A stretch of DNA of 64,000 nt, from positions 187,054,001 to 187,118,000 of the forward strand of contig OX597815.1 of NCBI GenBank assembly GCA_951406725.2, read 5' to 3'. A program made the translations under genes and the position numbers. Positions 1 to 12,549 of this stretch are shown here, piece after piece. Every line of letters starts with the position of its first letter. Position 1 is the stretch's first letter. Below the pieces are notes generated by a model. That model had not been told where the DNA came from. It did no database searches and saw nothing but the letters and a program-made list of their open reading frames with translations. The stretch comes from Octopus vulgaris (taxonomy: Eukaryota).

Positions 1-1443
1 GTCCAGCTGGGGAACACATACGCCATTGAAACCAGGTAACCGGACCCATGAGCCTGGCTAGGCTTTAAAAGGGCGTATTTATTTTATACTTGGTTTAAAT
101 TTTTTGAAGCCCTAAATTATATATTTTAACCCTTTAAAATTCAGATTACTCTGTCAAATGTAATGCTTATATATTCACAATGTTTTCAATTTATCATACG
201 TTATCTCATAGCTTTGAGATTTCAATGATGCGATTATATATTTTTAGGATGAGAGTGTAGGGTAGGTGTTATATATTTCTTTATTGCCCACAAGGAGCTA
301 AACATAGAGGGGACAAAAAAGGACAGACAAACGGATTAAGTCGACCCCAGTGCGAAACTGGTACTTTATTTATAGAACCCCGAAAAGATGAAAGGCAAGG
401 TCGACCTCGGCGGAATTTGAACTCAGAAGGTAGCGACGGGTGAAATACTGTGAAGCACTTCGCCCGGCGTGGTGAAAGAGTGCAGCGGGGTTCACCGCCC
501 CTCCTCACCGGAGCCCCATGGAGCTCAGGTGTTTTTGCTCAATAAACGCTCACAATGCCCGGTCTGGGAATTGAAACAGCGTTGTTACGACAGCGAGTCC
601 GCTGCCCTAACCACTGAGCCATTGCGCCTCCACGTTTTACCACTAAGCCATATGCCCGTGGGCATCCCTAGTAATATATATATTCTTTGTGGTATATTGA
701 AAATCTTTGCTTTATGCTGATTTTTTTTTCGTTCGTGTATTTTCATATTGCTATATAAATGTGTGATTATTCTAATATGTTAAAGTAACACTAGTTTACA
801 ACGTTTGGTTTCAAAGCATATATTTTTTAGTTGACTTTCTCTTACGTAAGTTCATTATCATGACAGCCAGACTTTATTTTATTCACAATTTTATGTCACA
901 ACTTGAACATTTTACAGCGCAATTATTGTTTTTCTATTCAAAACTACTGAATCTATGGTATTTATTCTCCATATATAAAGCGATATATAAGATAATATTG
1001 CACCAATATTACGGCTGTCGAGGGCATAAAAAGAAAATTTTCTCAACATTTTGAATCGTATTTGCTTTTTTAAAGCCAATAATCAACTGATAGCATAACT
1101 ATATGGGTGTCTCCTTCCCAACTTTGTTTCCTCATAACTTTCTGAAAAAAAATGATTATTTTCTCATGAAATTTTCTACAAATACATTTTAGATCCATGT
1201 AGATTATGATTATATCGGCTTTTTTTTTTCGACGCAAGTGAAGATTTTTTTTCAGCACAAACTCAATTTAACCATAATATACAATGCATGAAGAACGTTA
1301 GAATCTGTTGAAATTTTTGATAAACAGAATTTGATACTATTTAAGAAGAGTGGTCCCGTTGCGCGCACTCGCGTACTCGCGCAAGCTAGTCGTGACTAAT
1401 CGATCCTTACTTTGTGTATTATTTACTTTGTTTTAAAAAATTA

Positions 1444-1708
1444 GGATCTTTTCACTTCGACCGGCAGATTTCTAAAATAATTTCTTTGTAACTAAACACT
1501 TTTAAACTTCATATACTGGTTTAAGCTTCATTGATTGGTTGAAATTGCCGAAATGCAAGAAATTAAACAACAAATAGCTTACAAACTACAGAATTTTCTC
1601 AAGAAAGCCAAGAGAAAATGATGTTTTATGTAACACACTACTAGTATACGAAGTTTAAAAGTGTTTAGTTACAAATAAATTATTTTAAAAATCTGTCGGT
1701 CAAAGAAG
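1444..1708. mobile_element. Degenerate third copy of the GGATCTTTT MITE family
   Basis: GGATCTTTTCACTTCGACCGGCAGATTT...AAATCTGTCGGTCAAAG; shares internal taactaaacacttttaaacttc / gaagtttaaaagtgtttagtta blocks. Confidence 0.65.
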
Positions 1709-1729
1709 GGGCGCATATACATGAGGGTG

Positions 1730-2546
1730 GGATCTTTTCCTTTTGAACGGCAGTTTTCAACACAATTTCTAGTTAACTAAACACTTTTAAACTTCGTATA
1801 CTGGTAGAATGTGTTTATAAAACATTTTTTTCTTGGCTTTATTGAGAAAATTTAATATGTTGTAACATATTTCCACTTTAAAATCGAGCTTTTCGGCAAT
1901 TTTAACCAATCAAGTACGTCCATTTGGAGTCAAAACATACCGTGCTGTATGAATATGTCCCTCAGAAACAGATTGGGTTTATTTACATTTGCGAAGAAAA
2001 AAAGACACCCTTCCCCCACTCCTAACTAAACCTAACCCTAAAATAGATTGAAATGCAATAGATCGATACTAGGGCCATAATTATGGGTGACAATTTCATA
2101 CGACACCGCTACGGAAAATGGGAGTTTTTTCTAGCGGTGTCGTATGAAATTGTCACCCATTATTATGGCCCTAGTATCGATCTATTGCATTTCAATCTAT
2201 TTTAGGGTTAGGTTTAGTTAGAGTTAGGGTTAAGGGTGGGGTTAGTGTTAAGGGTGGGGGATGGGTATCTTTTTTTTCTTCGCAAATGTAAATAAACCCA
2301 ATCTGTTTCTGAGGGACATATTCATACAGCACGGTATGTTTTGACTCCAAATGGACGTATTTGATTGGTTAAAATTGCCGAAAAGCTCGATTTTAAAGTG
2401 GAAATATGTTACAACATATTGAATTTTCTCAATAAAGCCAAGAAAAAATGATGTTTTATAAACACATTCTACCAGTATACGAAGTTTAAAAGTGTTTAGT
2501 TAACTAGAAACTGTGTGGACATATGCCGTTCAAAAGGAAAAGATCC
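1730..2546. mobile_element. Foldback/MITE element: ~380-bp inverted arms, 8-bp TSD (Merlin-like termini)
   Basis: Starts GGATCTTTTCCTTTTGAACGGCA and ends TGCCGTTCAAAAGGAAAAGATCC; arms meet around 2112-2131; TSD TGAGGGTG at 1722-1729 and 2547-2554. Confidence 0.88.
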
Positions 2547-3183
2547 TGAGGGTGGCTTATGTAATACACAGTTCCACAGGACAATTCACAAGGATGAGCA
2601 AATAATGTTAACGGTTATACTTGCTTTCGTTACAAATCTTTTAAAATATCCTAATCCTTTACTGACTTATTTCAATGCGCATATTTGCTTTATATATATA
2701 TAAATTATATATTATTCGTTCATATATTTTTAAAGCATTTAAATTTTAGAATTTTTGTTTTGGTAAAAAAAAAAGTGAATTCTTTCTAAATTTATTATAT
2801 GACGAAATAGAATATTTTAATTTAGTATTCAGATATAATCTTTAAATTATGCTTTAGATAATAGATTTTATTATTTCTGAACTTTAATGTGTATATAATA
2901 ATTTTTAGAGTTAGATAAATCCGAACAATGAATTTCTAATGCTTTTTTTAATCTTAGTGGGGGAGGACAAACGTCTGATACGTGGAGAGGGGATTTCAAA
3001 GACGTTCCAGCCATGATTATCTGCCTAGTTTCAGACAGTAAAACCAAGTCTACCTCATCTAATTCATCATATATTTTCTTTCCTTTGGTTGCTATCTTCA
3101 GCAAGTCGAGTGACCACGTAGATTGTTGCTATGTGTGGGGGTGAGAAAGAGAGTTTTGAAAAATAACCAGATGAAGAAATATG

Positions 3184-3564
3184 GGATCTTTTCCTTTTGA
3201 TAGCAAGATTTCAACACAATTTCTAGTTAACTAAACACTTTAAATATCGTTAATATTTTTATTGGGCGACGAAATTCATCGATTTAAGAGATATGGCTGT
3301 TATTTCTAGCACATGCCAACACAACCCTCCTCGTTTGTTTATCAATATCGATAACGCAGCAAATGATTTCAGCTCAAAAGAGAGCATAGGATTGGTTAAA
3401 ATTCGAAAAATTAAACTACGTTAAACAAACGGATTACAAATTTATCAAAAAAGCCAAGTGAAAATAATGTTTTCTTTTGACACATTCTACCAGTATACGA
3501 AGTTTTAAAGTGTTCAGTTAACTAGAAATTGTGTTGAAATCTGGCTATCAAAAGGAAAAGATCC
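3184..3564. mobile_element. Shorter MITE of the same GGATCTTTTCC family, 8-bp TSD
   Basis: TIRs GGATCTTTTCCTTTTGATAGC / GCTATCAAAAGGAAAAGATCC; TSD GAAATATG at 3176-3183 and 3565-3572. Confidence 0.85.
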
Positions 3565-5994
3565 GAAATATGGGAAGGGTTTTAAAATATAAATTTATCC
3601 CATGTTTCAACTAAAACCTTAAACTTTGTTGATCAAATGGCGATGTGATGGTGGTGACAATGGCTAAAAAACGAAAGAGTAAAATTGCTTTTCGAATAAC
3701 AAACATTATAAACCGCATTAGATCATTTGCTATATGATTTGCCAATGTGATACGCTGATTTACATAACCTACTTTGAAACAACGAAATATTATTTATGTC
3801 ATGAATTATTGCTGTCACTAATATAACCATTAACAGGCAGGCAATAGTAAGAACGAATGTGGAGGCGCAATGGCCCAGTGGTTAGGGCAGCGGACTCGCG
3901 GTCGTAGGATCGCGGTTTCGATTCCTAGACCGGGCGTTGTGAGTGTTTATTGAGCGAAAACACGAAGTTCCGGCAGGGATGGTGGTGTTCCCTGCTGTAC
4001 TCTTTCACCATAACTTTCTCTCACTCTTACTTCCTGTTTCTGTTGTACCTGAATATCGTTAAGGGTACACATGTCTGTGGAGTGCTCAGCCACTTACACG
4101 TTAATTTCACGAGCAGGCTATTCCGTTGATCGGATCAACCGGAACCCTCGTCGTCGTAAGAACGAAATTTTTGAGACAGTTGCATAATTATATTTTACTT
4201 CTGAAGTGTAGGCATCGTTTTAACTGTAATCTTTTGTAAAGCACTACTTGCTTATAAACAAGATTAAAACTGTGATAACGAAAGCTAACATCGACAATGA
4301 AAAAAGACGGGCAAATAAGGAAGTGTGACAGTATAAATGAGAATTAAAAAGAAACAACAATGGCCGAAAGATTGGCAGGTTCTAAACGCAGACGATGAAA
4401 TGTCTCGAGTTAGTTATTAAGTTAATAAGATAAAAAGAGTCAGGAGGTAAATGATGAGAAACTATGTGAAAATAGAAGCAGATTAAATGAAAACAGATTT
4501 TTTAAAAAAGAGTAATTAACAATTACGGTATTGTCTAAAGATTTATAGCATCGTTCCGTAAACATCTTCAGATAAAATTTCAATTAGCTTTTAAATTTTG
4601 AGTCAAAACAACTATTTTATACATGTATGCACCAAACAAGACACTTCCATTCACTGCACAATACTCTCCAAACTCAATCGTACAGATTCACCGGCAAGAA
4701 CACAAGCACCAAGGAAGACGTCTTAGAAAGGTAGCTTCACAAATATTGAAGGAAATATCTTCAAAGCATATCGTCAATGGTATAGACATGTCAGCAACAG
4801 CGGCGAGCTGACAGAAACGTTAGCACGCTGGGCAAAATGCGTAACTGTATTTCGTCTACCGTTACGTTCTGAGTTCAAATTCTGCCAAGGTCGACTTTCA
4901 TCCTCTCGGGGTCGATAAATTAAGTACCAGTTACACACTGGGGATCGATGTAATCGACTTAATACCTATGTCTGTCCTTGTTTGTCCCCTCTGTGTTTAG
5001 CCCCTTGTGGGTAGTAAAGAAATAGTTATTTAAGAAGGCAGCGAGCTGGCAGACATGTCCGCTTTCCATGCTAGCATGGGTTGGACGGTTCAACTGGGGT
5101 CTGGGAAGCCAGAAGGCTGCACCAGGCCCAGTCTGATCTGGCAATGTTTCTACGGCTGGATGCCCTTCCTAACGCCAACCACTCCATGAGTGTAGTGGGT
5201 GCTTTTTACGTGCCACCGGCACAGGTGCCAGACGAGGCTGGCAAACGGCCACGATCGGATGTTGCTTTTTACGTGCCACCGGCACGGAGGCCAAGCGAGG
5301 CTGGCAACGGCCACGATCGGATGTGCTTTTTATGTGCCACCGGCACTATCATCATTTAACCGTTTTCCATGTTGGCATGTGTTGGATGGTTTAACAGGAG
5401 CTGACAAGAAGACAGCCGCACCAAGCTCCAACCATCACCCGCAACATTGCTATAATCTAAAGTATTGTTTTCAAAGACATTTTGTAATCATTGGTGAAGT
5501 TCACAGGGGTTTCCCCCTCAGCAACAAGAAAGTCAATCACTGCTATTTTGTTTTTTTAAGGGGCAGCCATTTTGAATTTTCCTTACCAGTCTAAAAACCT
5601 GAAAAGTAAGAAACAAAATATTTCAGAGTGTAAATGATATAATCATTTATAACTGGGAAAATTTTCAGTTATTTTTATTAAAAACTTCACCCGAAATAAA
5701 GAAAATGGCATTACTTTTTGACTCACCTTCGTATGTGTATGTGCAATATGTGTACTCTTGTCTAGACATCACTTGATGGAGATGCAGATAAGCATCATCA
5801 TACAAATGAAGATGCTTGTTCCCAGTCTTTCATGGAAAAGAAAAATAAAACGTCTGGGCATGAGTAAATATTATCTTGCTTGAAAACAAGTGAGGGTTGA
5901 TGACACATGTGGGACCTAGCAGAAGCAAATCTACCTCAACAAATTCCATCTGACCTATGCAACCATTAAATAGGGGATGCTAAATGATACATAT

Positions 5995-6385
<391 letters not shown>

Positions 6386-8532
6386 AAGTAGGAGACTTTA
6401 CTCATAAATATTTCCTTTTTTTTTTTTTGTTTTATTTCTTGTATGTACTCCATTATCTATCCAACTGTGTGTTTGTGTGTTTGTCATTTTGCTGTGCTTA
6501 AGAAGACACGCCAAGCTAAGTGAAATCGCGGCCAGTGTCGGTGACACATAAAAGGTAACCAGTACACTCTGTAAAGTGGTTGGCATTAGGAAAGGCATCC
6601 AGCCATAGAAACCATGCCAAAACAGAGACTGGGGCCAGGTGCAGCCCTTCGGCTTGCCAGCGCCAATAAAACCGTCTAACCCATGCCAGCATGGAAAACT
6701 GACATTAAATGATGATGACGATGATACAAATTTATTTTACGTAGTCGTTGGTTATGGCTAGCCAGAAAATTACCAATTATAGTTGTCTAACCGGCCACAC
6801 ATACACGAATGTGTGTGTGTGTGTGTGTGTGTGTATGTAAGAGAATGAGAGAGAGATTGTGTGTGTATGTAGGCACACATATCCACCCCTTCCATTACTA
6901 GTTTATTCCATTGGAAAGCAGCCATGCCGGGTCAATGACACGAGCTCTGGTACATATTTATCGAATGTTCATCTAACTTTTAATATAAAGGGACGACTAT
7001 TTCGTAGATAAATCGAGAATATTTTTTCGTACGAGGATTTTGAAAAGGTTTCAATGAAACAGAAAGAATTCGAATTTAAGAACGATGTGTAATTTATAAA
7101 TGCTGATAAACGTTCCTGTGAAAAAGTAAAGCTAGTAATGTCAGAAACGTAATTGAATTGTTCGTTGTATAACTACAAATAGCATGCCAAACATTAAGAC
7201 AAATAACAACTACTACTGCAGCTGTAGAAATAATATACTTTGTAGTTGCCTATTAAATTATTTCGTATGATGTATTTATTACGGAAGATCACGGCTGCTT
7301 GATATTTTAACTAGATTGCTTGACAAGCCAAAGCCTCTGCCTGGTTACACAGGCTGCTAGAAGTAGCAGTTAAATCACACCCTAAACTCTTAGGCAACGT
7401 GGATAATATGGTCCTGGGTTCTCTGCACACAAAAAGTAAATGGGAAGGGCATGATTGGAATGTCTGGGTTAAATAACAAATTTATCCACTTGTTAAATTT
7501 TCTTTTTTTCTTTCATATTTACCTAGTTCTCAATATCGTCCAGGTCTCTCTCTCTCTCTCTTTCTTTCTCTCTCTATATATCTATCTATCTATCTATCTC
7601 TCTGACTTTCCCTAGGTGCTATGATAAAGATCAAAATTGAACTCCACTTTATATTCGTAATTCCAACAAAAATCGGCCAGTAAAGGAACCTTTGACATGG
7701 TCAATCGGCCTGCTAGAAATGATAGCCAAATCTCCTTCAAATAATACCCTACTGACTTAAAAAATAAAACAGAAAGAATATATTAGCTTATACAGCTTTA
7801 CCAACCAATACAGAAACAAGATAGTCCCGGCTAGAACGTTTTTGATCAGAAGTTTGTTCGATCAAGACTGCCCTGGGGCCAACAATAACACCAACAGCAA
7901 CATCTTACACGCTAGAGTTAATCGCTGTGTAAGCAATTTTCCCCAAACTTGTTTATTCCATTGTTCTGTTAATCCATAGAGCTCCATCCATTCTCACGCT
8001 ATTTTATATAACAATATTAATCCATTTAGAGCTTTGTGCACAGTGAAAAAGAAACCACTGCATACTATTAAATGTAGTCAATCAACAAGCGGCTCATCTT
8101 CTATAATTTCCTTCTATTACATTAGTTTTCGTGCACAGTACACTTTATAGCTTTACTTCGAGTGACCAGAAGTATATAATATGTATTACTAAATATCGAT
8201 TTATTTCGACTATGAATGAACAAGGCTCTAGATTTATATTAGAAAGAGAACAATGAAGCGTTTTTCTTAGGTATTCATGGCGTTAGTGAGCTGTAGTCAC
8301 GTTCTGTAATTTCGATTTTAACATAAAGGGAATGTGTCTATAAGTAAAAATACTCTACTTATTAAACAAGTGGAAATCATGTTCAAGATAAGACCCCATG
8401 AAATATTTATTAATGTAAGGATTGGCAAAACCGTGAGGTTTCCCAGTTCACGGTCCTTTAGGTTGCATGTTCAAATCTCGTCGTAGTTGATAAAATGATA
8501 CTGTACCAGTCAAACATTGATTTTATTTATTA

Positions 8533-8937
8533 CTAGCACTATTGCCCGGCGTTGCTCGGGTTTGTTTTCTTTTCGACCCTTTAGAATTGGAATTTTTGAA
8601 AAGTAAAAATTTTGCATTATGTAGCTTGTTATTCTCTTTAAGTGAACATTTTTCTGGTTGAAATACACCGAAAAATGGCGACACAGCAGTCAAAAAATCG
8701 TAAAAAAAATAGGGATTTTCATAGAAAAAAAGCACCTTTTTTATGAAAATAATTTTTGGTGTTAACATGGTCCGATTTGAATTTTTTTCTTCTATGGAAT
8801 GAAGAGCAAGCCTTCTTTTATCATATTCTCAATTTTGGTCAACTTGCGCCGCAGGGTCTCGGAGGAGATAGTGTTAGTTGAAGGCTACCAAACCTGCCAT
8901 ACACACACAGACAACTTCAGCTTTATATAGAGAGAGA
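8533..8937 (-). mobile_element. Non-autonomous Helitron
   Basis: On the minus strand it starts TC after A and ends with hairpin CCCGAGCAACGCCGGG followed by CTAG before T; no TSD; closely similar to 44169-44532. Confidence 0.8.
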
Positions 8938-10847
8938 TTTTAAGGATTGGCTGGATTATTACAGCGACAAACAAAATTGCCTTGAGGTTTTTACCCGCTG
9001 CCCTTTACTCTCTGAGTTCAAATACCACCGCAGTCGATGGAACAAGAACCATCCAAACAATAGTCGACTTTGTTATATTTGGGGATGGTCGTATTTTTAT
9101 TTATATTCTATTAATGTGTTCTTGATGTGAATGGAATTAATCCAAGAAACAGACAAGAGATCAACTTTGAAACCTCACTAGCTTGTCTTAGCAATGTTGT
9201 GATTTAGTCTCAGGTCAGCACTCAAGCTCACCTTATAAGCATTACAGTCGCAATTAACTTGTCCTTTGTCCTTGAGCCACATTATCGCATGTGTAATTTT
9301 TTAAGATATTTAAGTGTGATTTTGAGGGAGAATCGACGACTGTTTCTTGTAAGAAGGAAGAACAACTACGAAGAGGATCTCGTAGTTATTTCTGTGAAGG
9401 CAGGTGAAGAAAACACGATTGGAACAACACATTTCTGAGAATCCAAGCCAAAGAAGGAAACTCTACATAAACAATGAACTGCAAGAAATATCAACGAAAT
9501 CAACTTCAGTTTCCACCTCCTCTTCGACTTCATCATTGTCGCCATCATCATCATCATCATCATCATTAACATTATCATTCAACGTTCGTTTTCCAAAGAG
9601 TAAGGATTAGAAAGTGCGACAGGAACTGGCAAGTCAGAAGACCGTTCCAAGCCCTGCTGCCTTCATTAGTCTTGTTTTTACGGCTGGATGCCCTTCCTGG
9701 CGTCAACCACTGTACAGAGTGTAGTGGGTGCTGTTTATATGGCACCAACAGCGCTGAGGTTACCAAATAACTTACTGGATAAAACGCCCTCAACTGCAGT
9801 GGGGAGTAGTTTTGAGGGGCAGAAAAAAGAAATCTTGTATTAGAGGGTATTATGGGTGGCCATTACTGGAAAGCTGTCAAATGATAAAAGTTAGAGTTGC
9901 AGAGAGAGAAGATAGTGAAGATGTGACAGGAAAGTTCGGCAAAAGAGACCAATAGAATAAGCACTAGGCTTACAAAGAATAAGTCTTGGGGTCAATTTGC
10001 TCAACTAAAGGCGGTGCTCTAGCATGGCCACAGTCACATGACTGAAACAAGTAAAAGAGTATATATATATGTACATATATATATTGTCAGTCATTCTTTT
10101 ATTGTATGTTGCCACTCTTGAGCTCATTCACAATAATTCCTTCTTTGTCTCTGCTAAGCTAACATCTGGCAGTAACACTTAGACCAGTTATAGGCAAACT
10201 GCAGCCTGTGGGACTTTCTGAATGGCACCCCAATAAAAAATTCCTTGAACTTTTTTAGTAAAACCATGACTCATGTGGCCTGTTTCTTAGAAAAGTTTGC
10301 CTATGCTTGACTTAGACTATACTTCTAAACATGTCTAGAGTTGCCATGAACTGTTGAAGATCAAACTCATACCTCATTACATTTCATATTTAATTAATTT
10401 TAGTTAATTAAAGTTTTTATTATTTGGCCAAATTTAGTCGTTTAGAAAATAATTGTTTACTTCACAGAGCATGTAATTTTAATTAATTCATAATTAACTC
10501 AAACTTTTTGACATTCAACAACTATGCTTGTGTTTACTTTACAAAGGTAGAAGACGCTGCACAGGGTGAACAAACTTGGAATTGTGATTATGAAGCAAAC
10601 TTCTTTACTACGAAGCCACTGATATTATTTACATTATTTACAGGTAGCAATTTTACCTGATCTCGAAGCTCTGAGAAATTGTAAGAGTATCAGACAAAAT
10701 GCCTTGAAGTATTTATCCTGGCTCTGTATGTTCTGAGCTCAAATTCTGCAGAAGCCAACTTCTGTTTTCATCATTTCAGGGTTAATAATAAAAGTATCAG
10801 TCACGTATTAAGACCAATATTATTAACTATTCCACTAAGAATAACTA

Positions 10848-11469
10848 CAAAGGGGTCCTGAAAAGTTCCTGGCTTTAAGGGTATCAGGAAAGGCCTGGTT
10901 GTTGGCCAAACCTTCCCAGTTCTTTTACAGAGCCTAAAAAAAACTGAAGGACAATTGCAATAAGTGTGTGAATCCGGGGAATATGTTGAATAGAATCATA
11001 GGCGTGGGAGTGGCTATGTGGTAAGTAGCTTGCTTACCAACCACATGGTTCCAGGTTCAGTCCCACTGTGTGGCACCTTGAGCAAGTGTCTTCTACTATA
11101 GCCTTGGGTCGACCAAAGCCTTGTGAGTGGATTTGGTAGACGGAAACTGAAAGAAGCCCATCGTATATATGTATATATGTATATATATGTGTGTGTATAT
11201 GTTTGTGTGTCTGTGTTTGTCCCCCCAACATTGCTTGACAACCAATGTTGGTGTATTTACATCGCTGTAACTTAGCGGTTCGGCAAAAGAAACCGATAGA
11301 ATAAGTACTAGGCTTACAAAGAATAAGTCCTGGGGTCGATTTGCTCGACTAAAGGTGGTACTCCAGCATGGCCACAGTCAAATGACTGAAAGAAGTAAAA
11401 GAGAGTAATTGACTGATCCTTCCTATACTTTCTTTTACCCAAAGCCAGGAACTTTTCAGCGTCCCCTTG
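10848..11469. mobile_element. Mariner-like MITE with a nested SINE (~11000-11405)
   Basis: TIR-like ends CAAAGGGGTCCTGAAAAGTTCCTGGCTTT / AAAGCCAGGAACTTTTCAGCGTCCCCTTG after TA; a related fragment lies at ~30490-30705. Confidence 0.6.
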
Positions 11470-12315
11470 GAAGTGCTTTCTTTCTTCACCTGTAAAACAC
11501 TGAACCAGAGAGAAACGGATCGGTTTCTCGGGCATTTTGATCTTTCCGAGTACTGATATGGCAGCCTGACATTACACTGTGACATAACCTGGCTATTTCC
11601 ACTTGCAACATAGATGTCATAGTTAATTTGACTAACATCTTTATTTTTTGTTTGTGTTTCATTTGTCAGCGTGTTTTCCTGATGAATAAATAAGCTATTA
11701 ACCTAACCGAAAGATAATTGAAGAGACATTAAAAATAACATCAACATCAACGATGACAACAACAACAACAACAACAACAAGAGCAGAGTGAACCAAGCTA
11801 CGTTTGCAACAAGAGCGAAGCAACGAACTCAATTAAGCACTTAAATACTTAGGAAAGGGTTTAGAATAAAGAAATAAATGCAATCTAATTAAGCAATTTA
11901 AGCATTCCTCAGCTGCTAACAATTTTGAGACAGTTGTGAAGACAGCTAAAAATTTGACAATTTCATTTATTTCTCAAGAAATATATTTTGTAGTCGTTAC
12001 TACATCTGTAATTCTTTCATTGTTATCAAATACTAATTAAATAAACATCAACTGACATCTCTTGCTTATCTGTGTTTTATCAAAGACATAGCATAGTTTT
12101 GTATTGATCAGTTTGTATATATGATTGTTGACCAAAATCACATCGCAGTTCTTGTTTCAAAGTTTACAGTCTGATGGAAAATAAAATCACAAACATATCA
12201 TCTAATTAATCTTGATTGATATTGACAGCAAATTTACTGTGATTTCATGTCTTTAAAGAGATAATCGTTTGTCAAACGATATGTTTTGGCTTCAGTCCAT
12301 TATTTAATTGTCTAC

Positions 12316-12329
12316 TAATGACGTCATTA
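12316..12329. promoter_or_regulatory. CRE/ATF site within a perfect 14-bp palindrome upstream of gene 1
   Basis: TAATGACGTCATTA; core TGACGTCA at 12319-12326, about 45 bp upstream of the TATA box. Confidence 0.55.
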
Positions 12330-12372
12330 CCTCTGTGGGAATAAAAATGAAAAAAAAATTTTTTTTTCCTGA

Positions 12373-12379
12373 TATAAAA
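12373..12379 (+). promoter_or_regulatory. TATA box of gene 1
   Basis: TATAAAA about 100 bp upstream of the ATG; its context (TATAAAAAGCTGGACATCA) resembles the gene 2 TATA context. Confidence 0.55.
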
Positions 12380-12480
12380 AGCTGGACATCAACTGTTTCT
12401 GACCAAAAAGCAGGAAATCTCATCTGGACACCTAACACAAAAATATCTATCAATTCAAGATTTCTTAAATTCCTACTATT

Positions 12481-12549
12481 ATGGAAGCTTTCAGTGTTCA
12501 TGGCCTTGTTGGCAAAATTATCGACAGAGTTCCTCAGAAACAGCTGTCT
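12481..12549 (+). CDS. PEBP: PEBP gene 1, coding exon 1 (MEAFSVHGLVGKIIDRVPQKQLS), phase-0 donor
   Basis: ATG at 12481 and donor GTAAGT at 12550; same 69-nt length as gene 2 exon 1, with 15/23 aa identical. Confidence 0.88.

Noticed and set aside
1355-1390. GC-rich hairpin followed by CTAG (possible plus-strand Helitron 3' end)
   Set aside because: No 5' TC end or second copy could be identified, so it was not annotated.
2871-3104. 77-aa minus-strand ORF with protein-like composition
   Set aside because: No recognisable motif and no convincing partner exons; it could be a TE fragment. A BLASTX search would settle it.
3859-3935. tRNA-like sequences with A/B boxes (also ~20328, ~48153, ~53087)
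   Set aside because: They are SINE heads that continue into SINE bodies and do not form complete cloverleaves.
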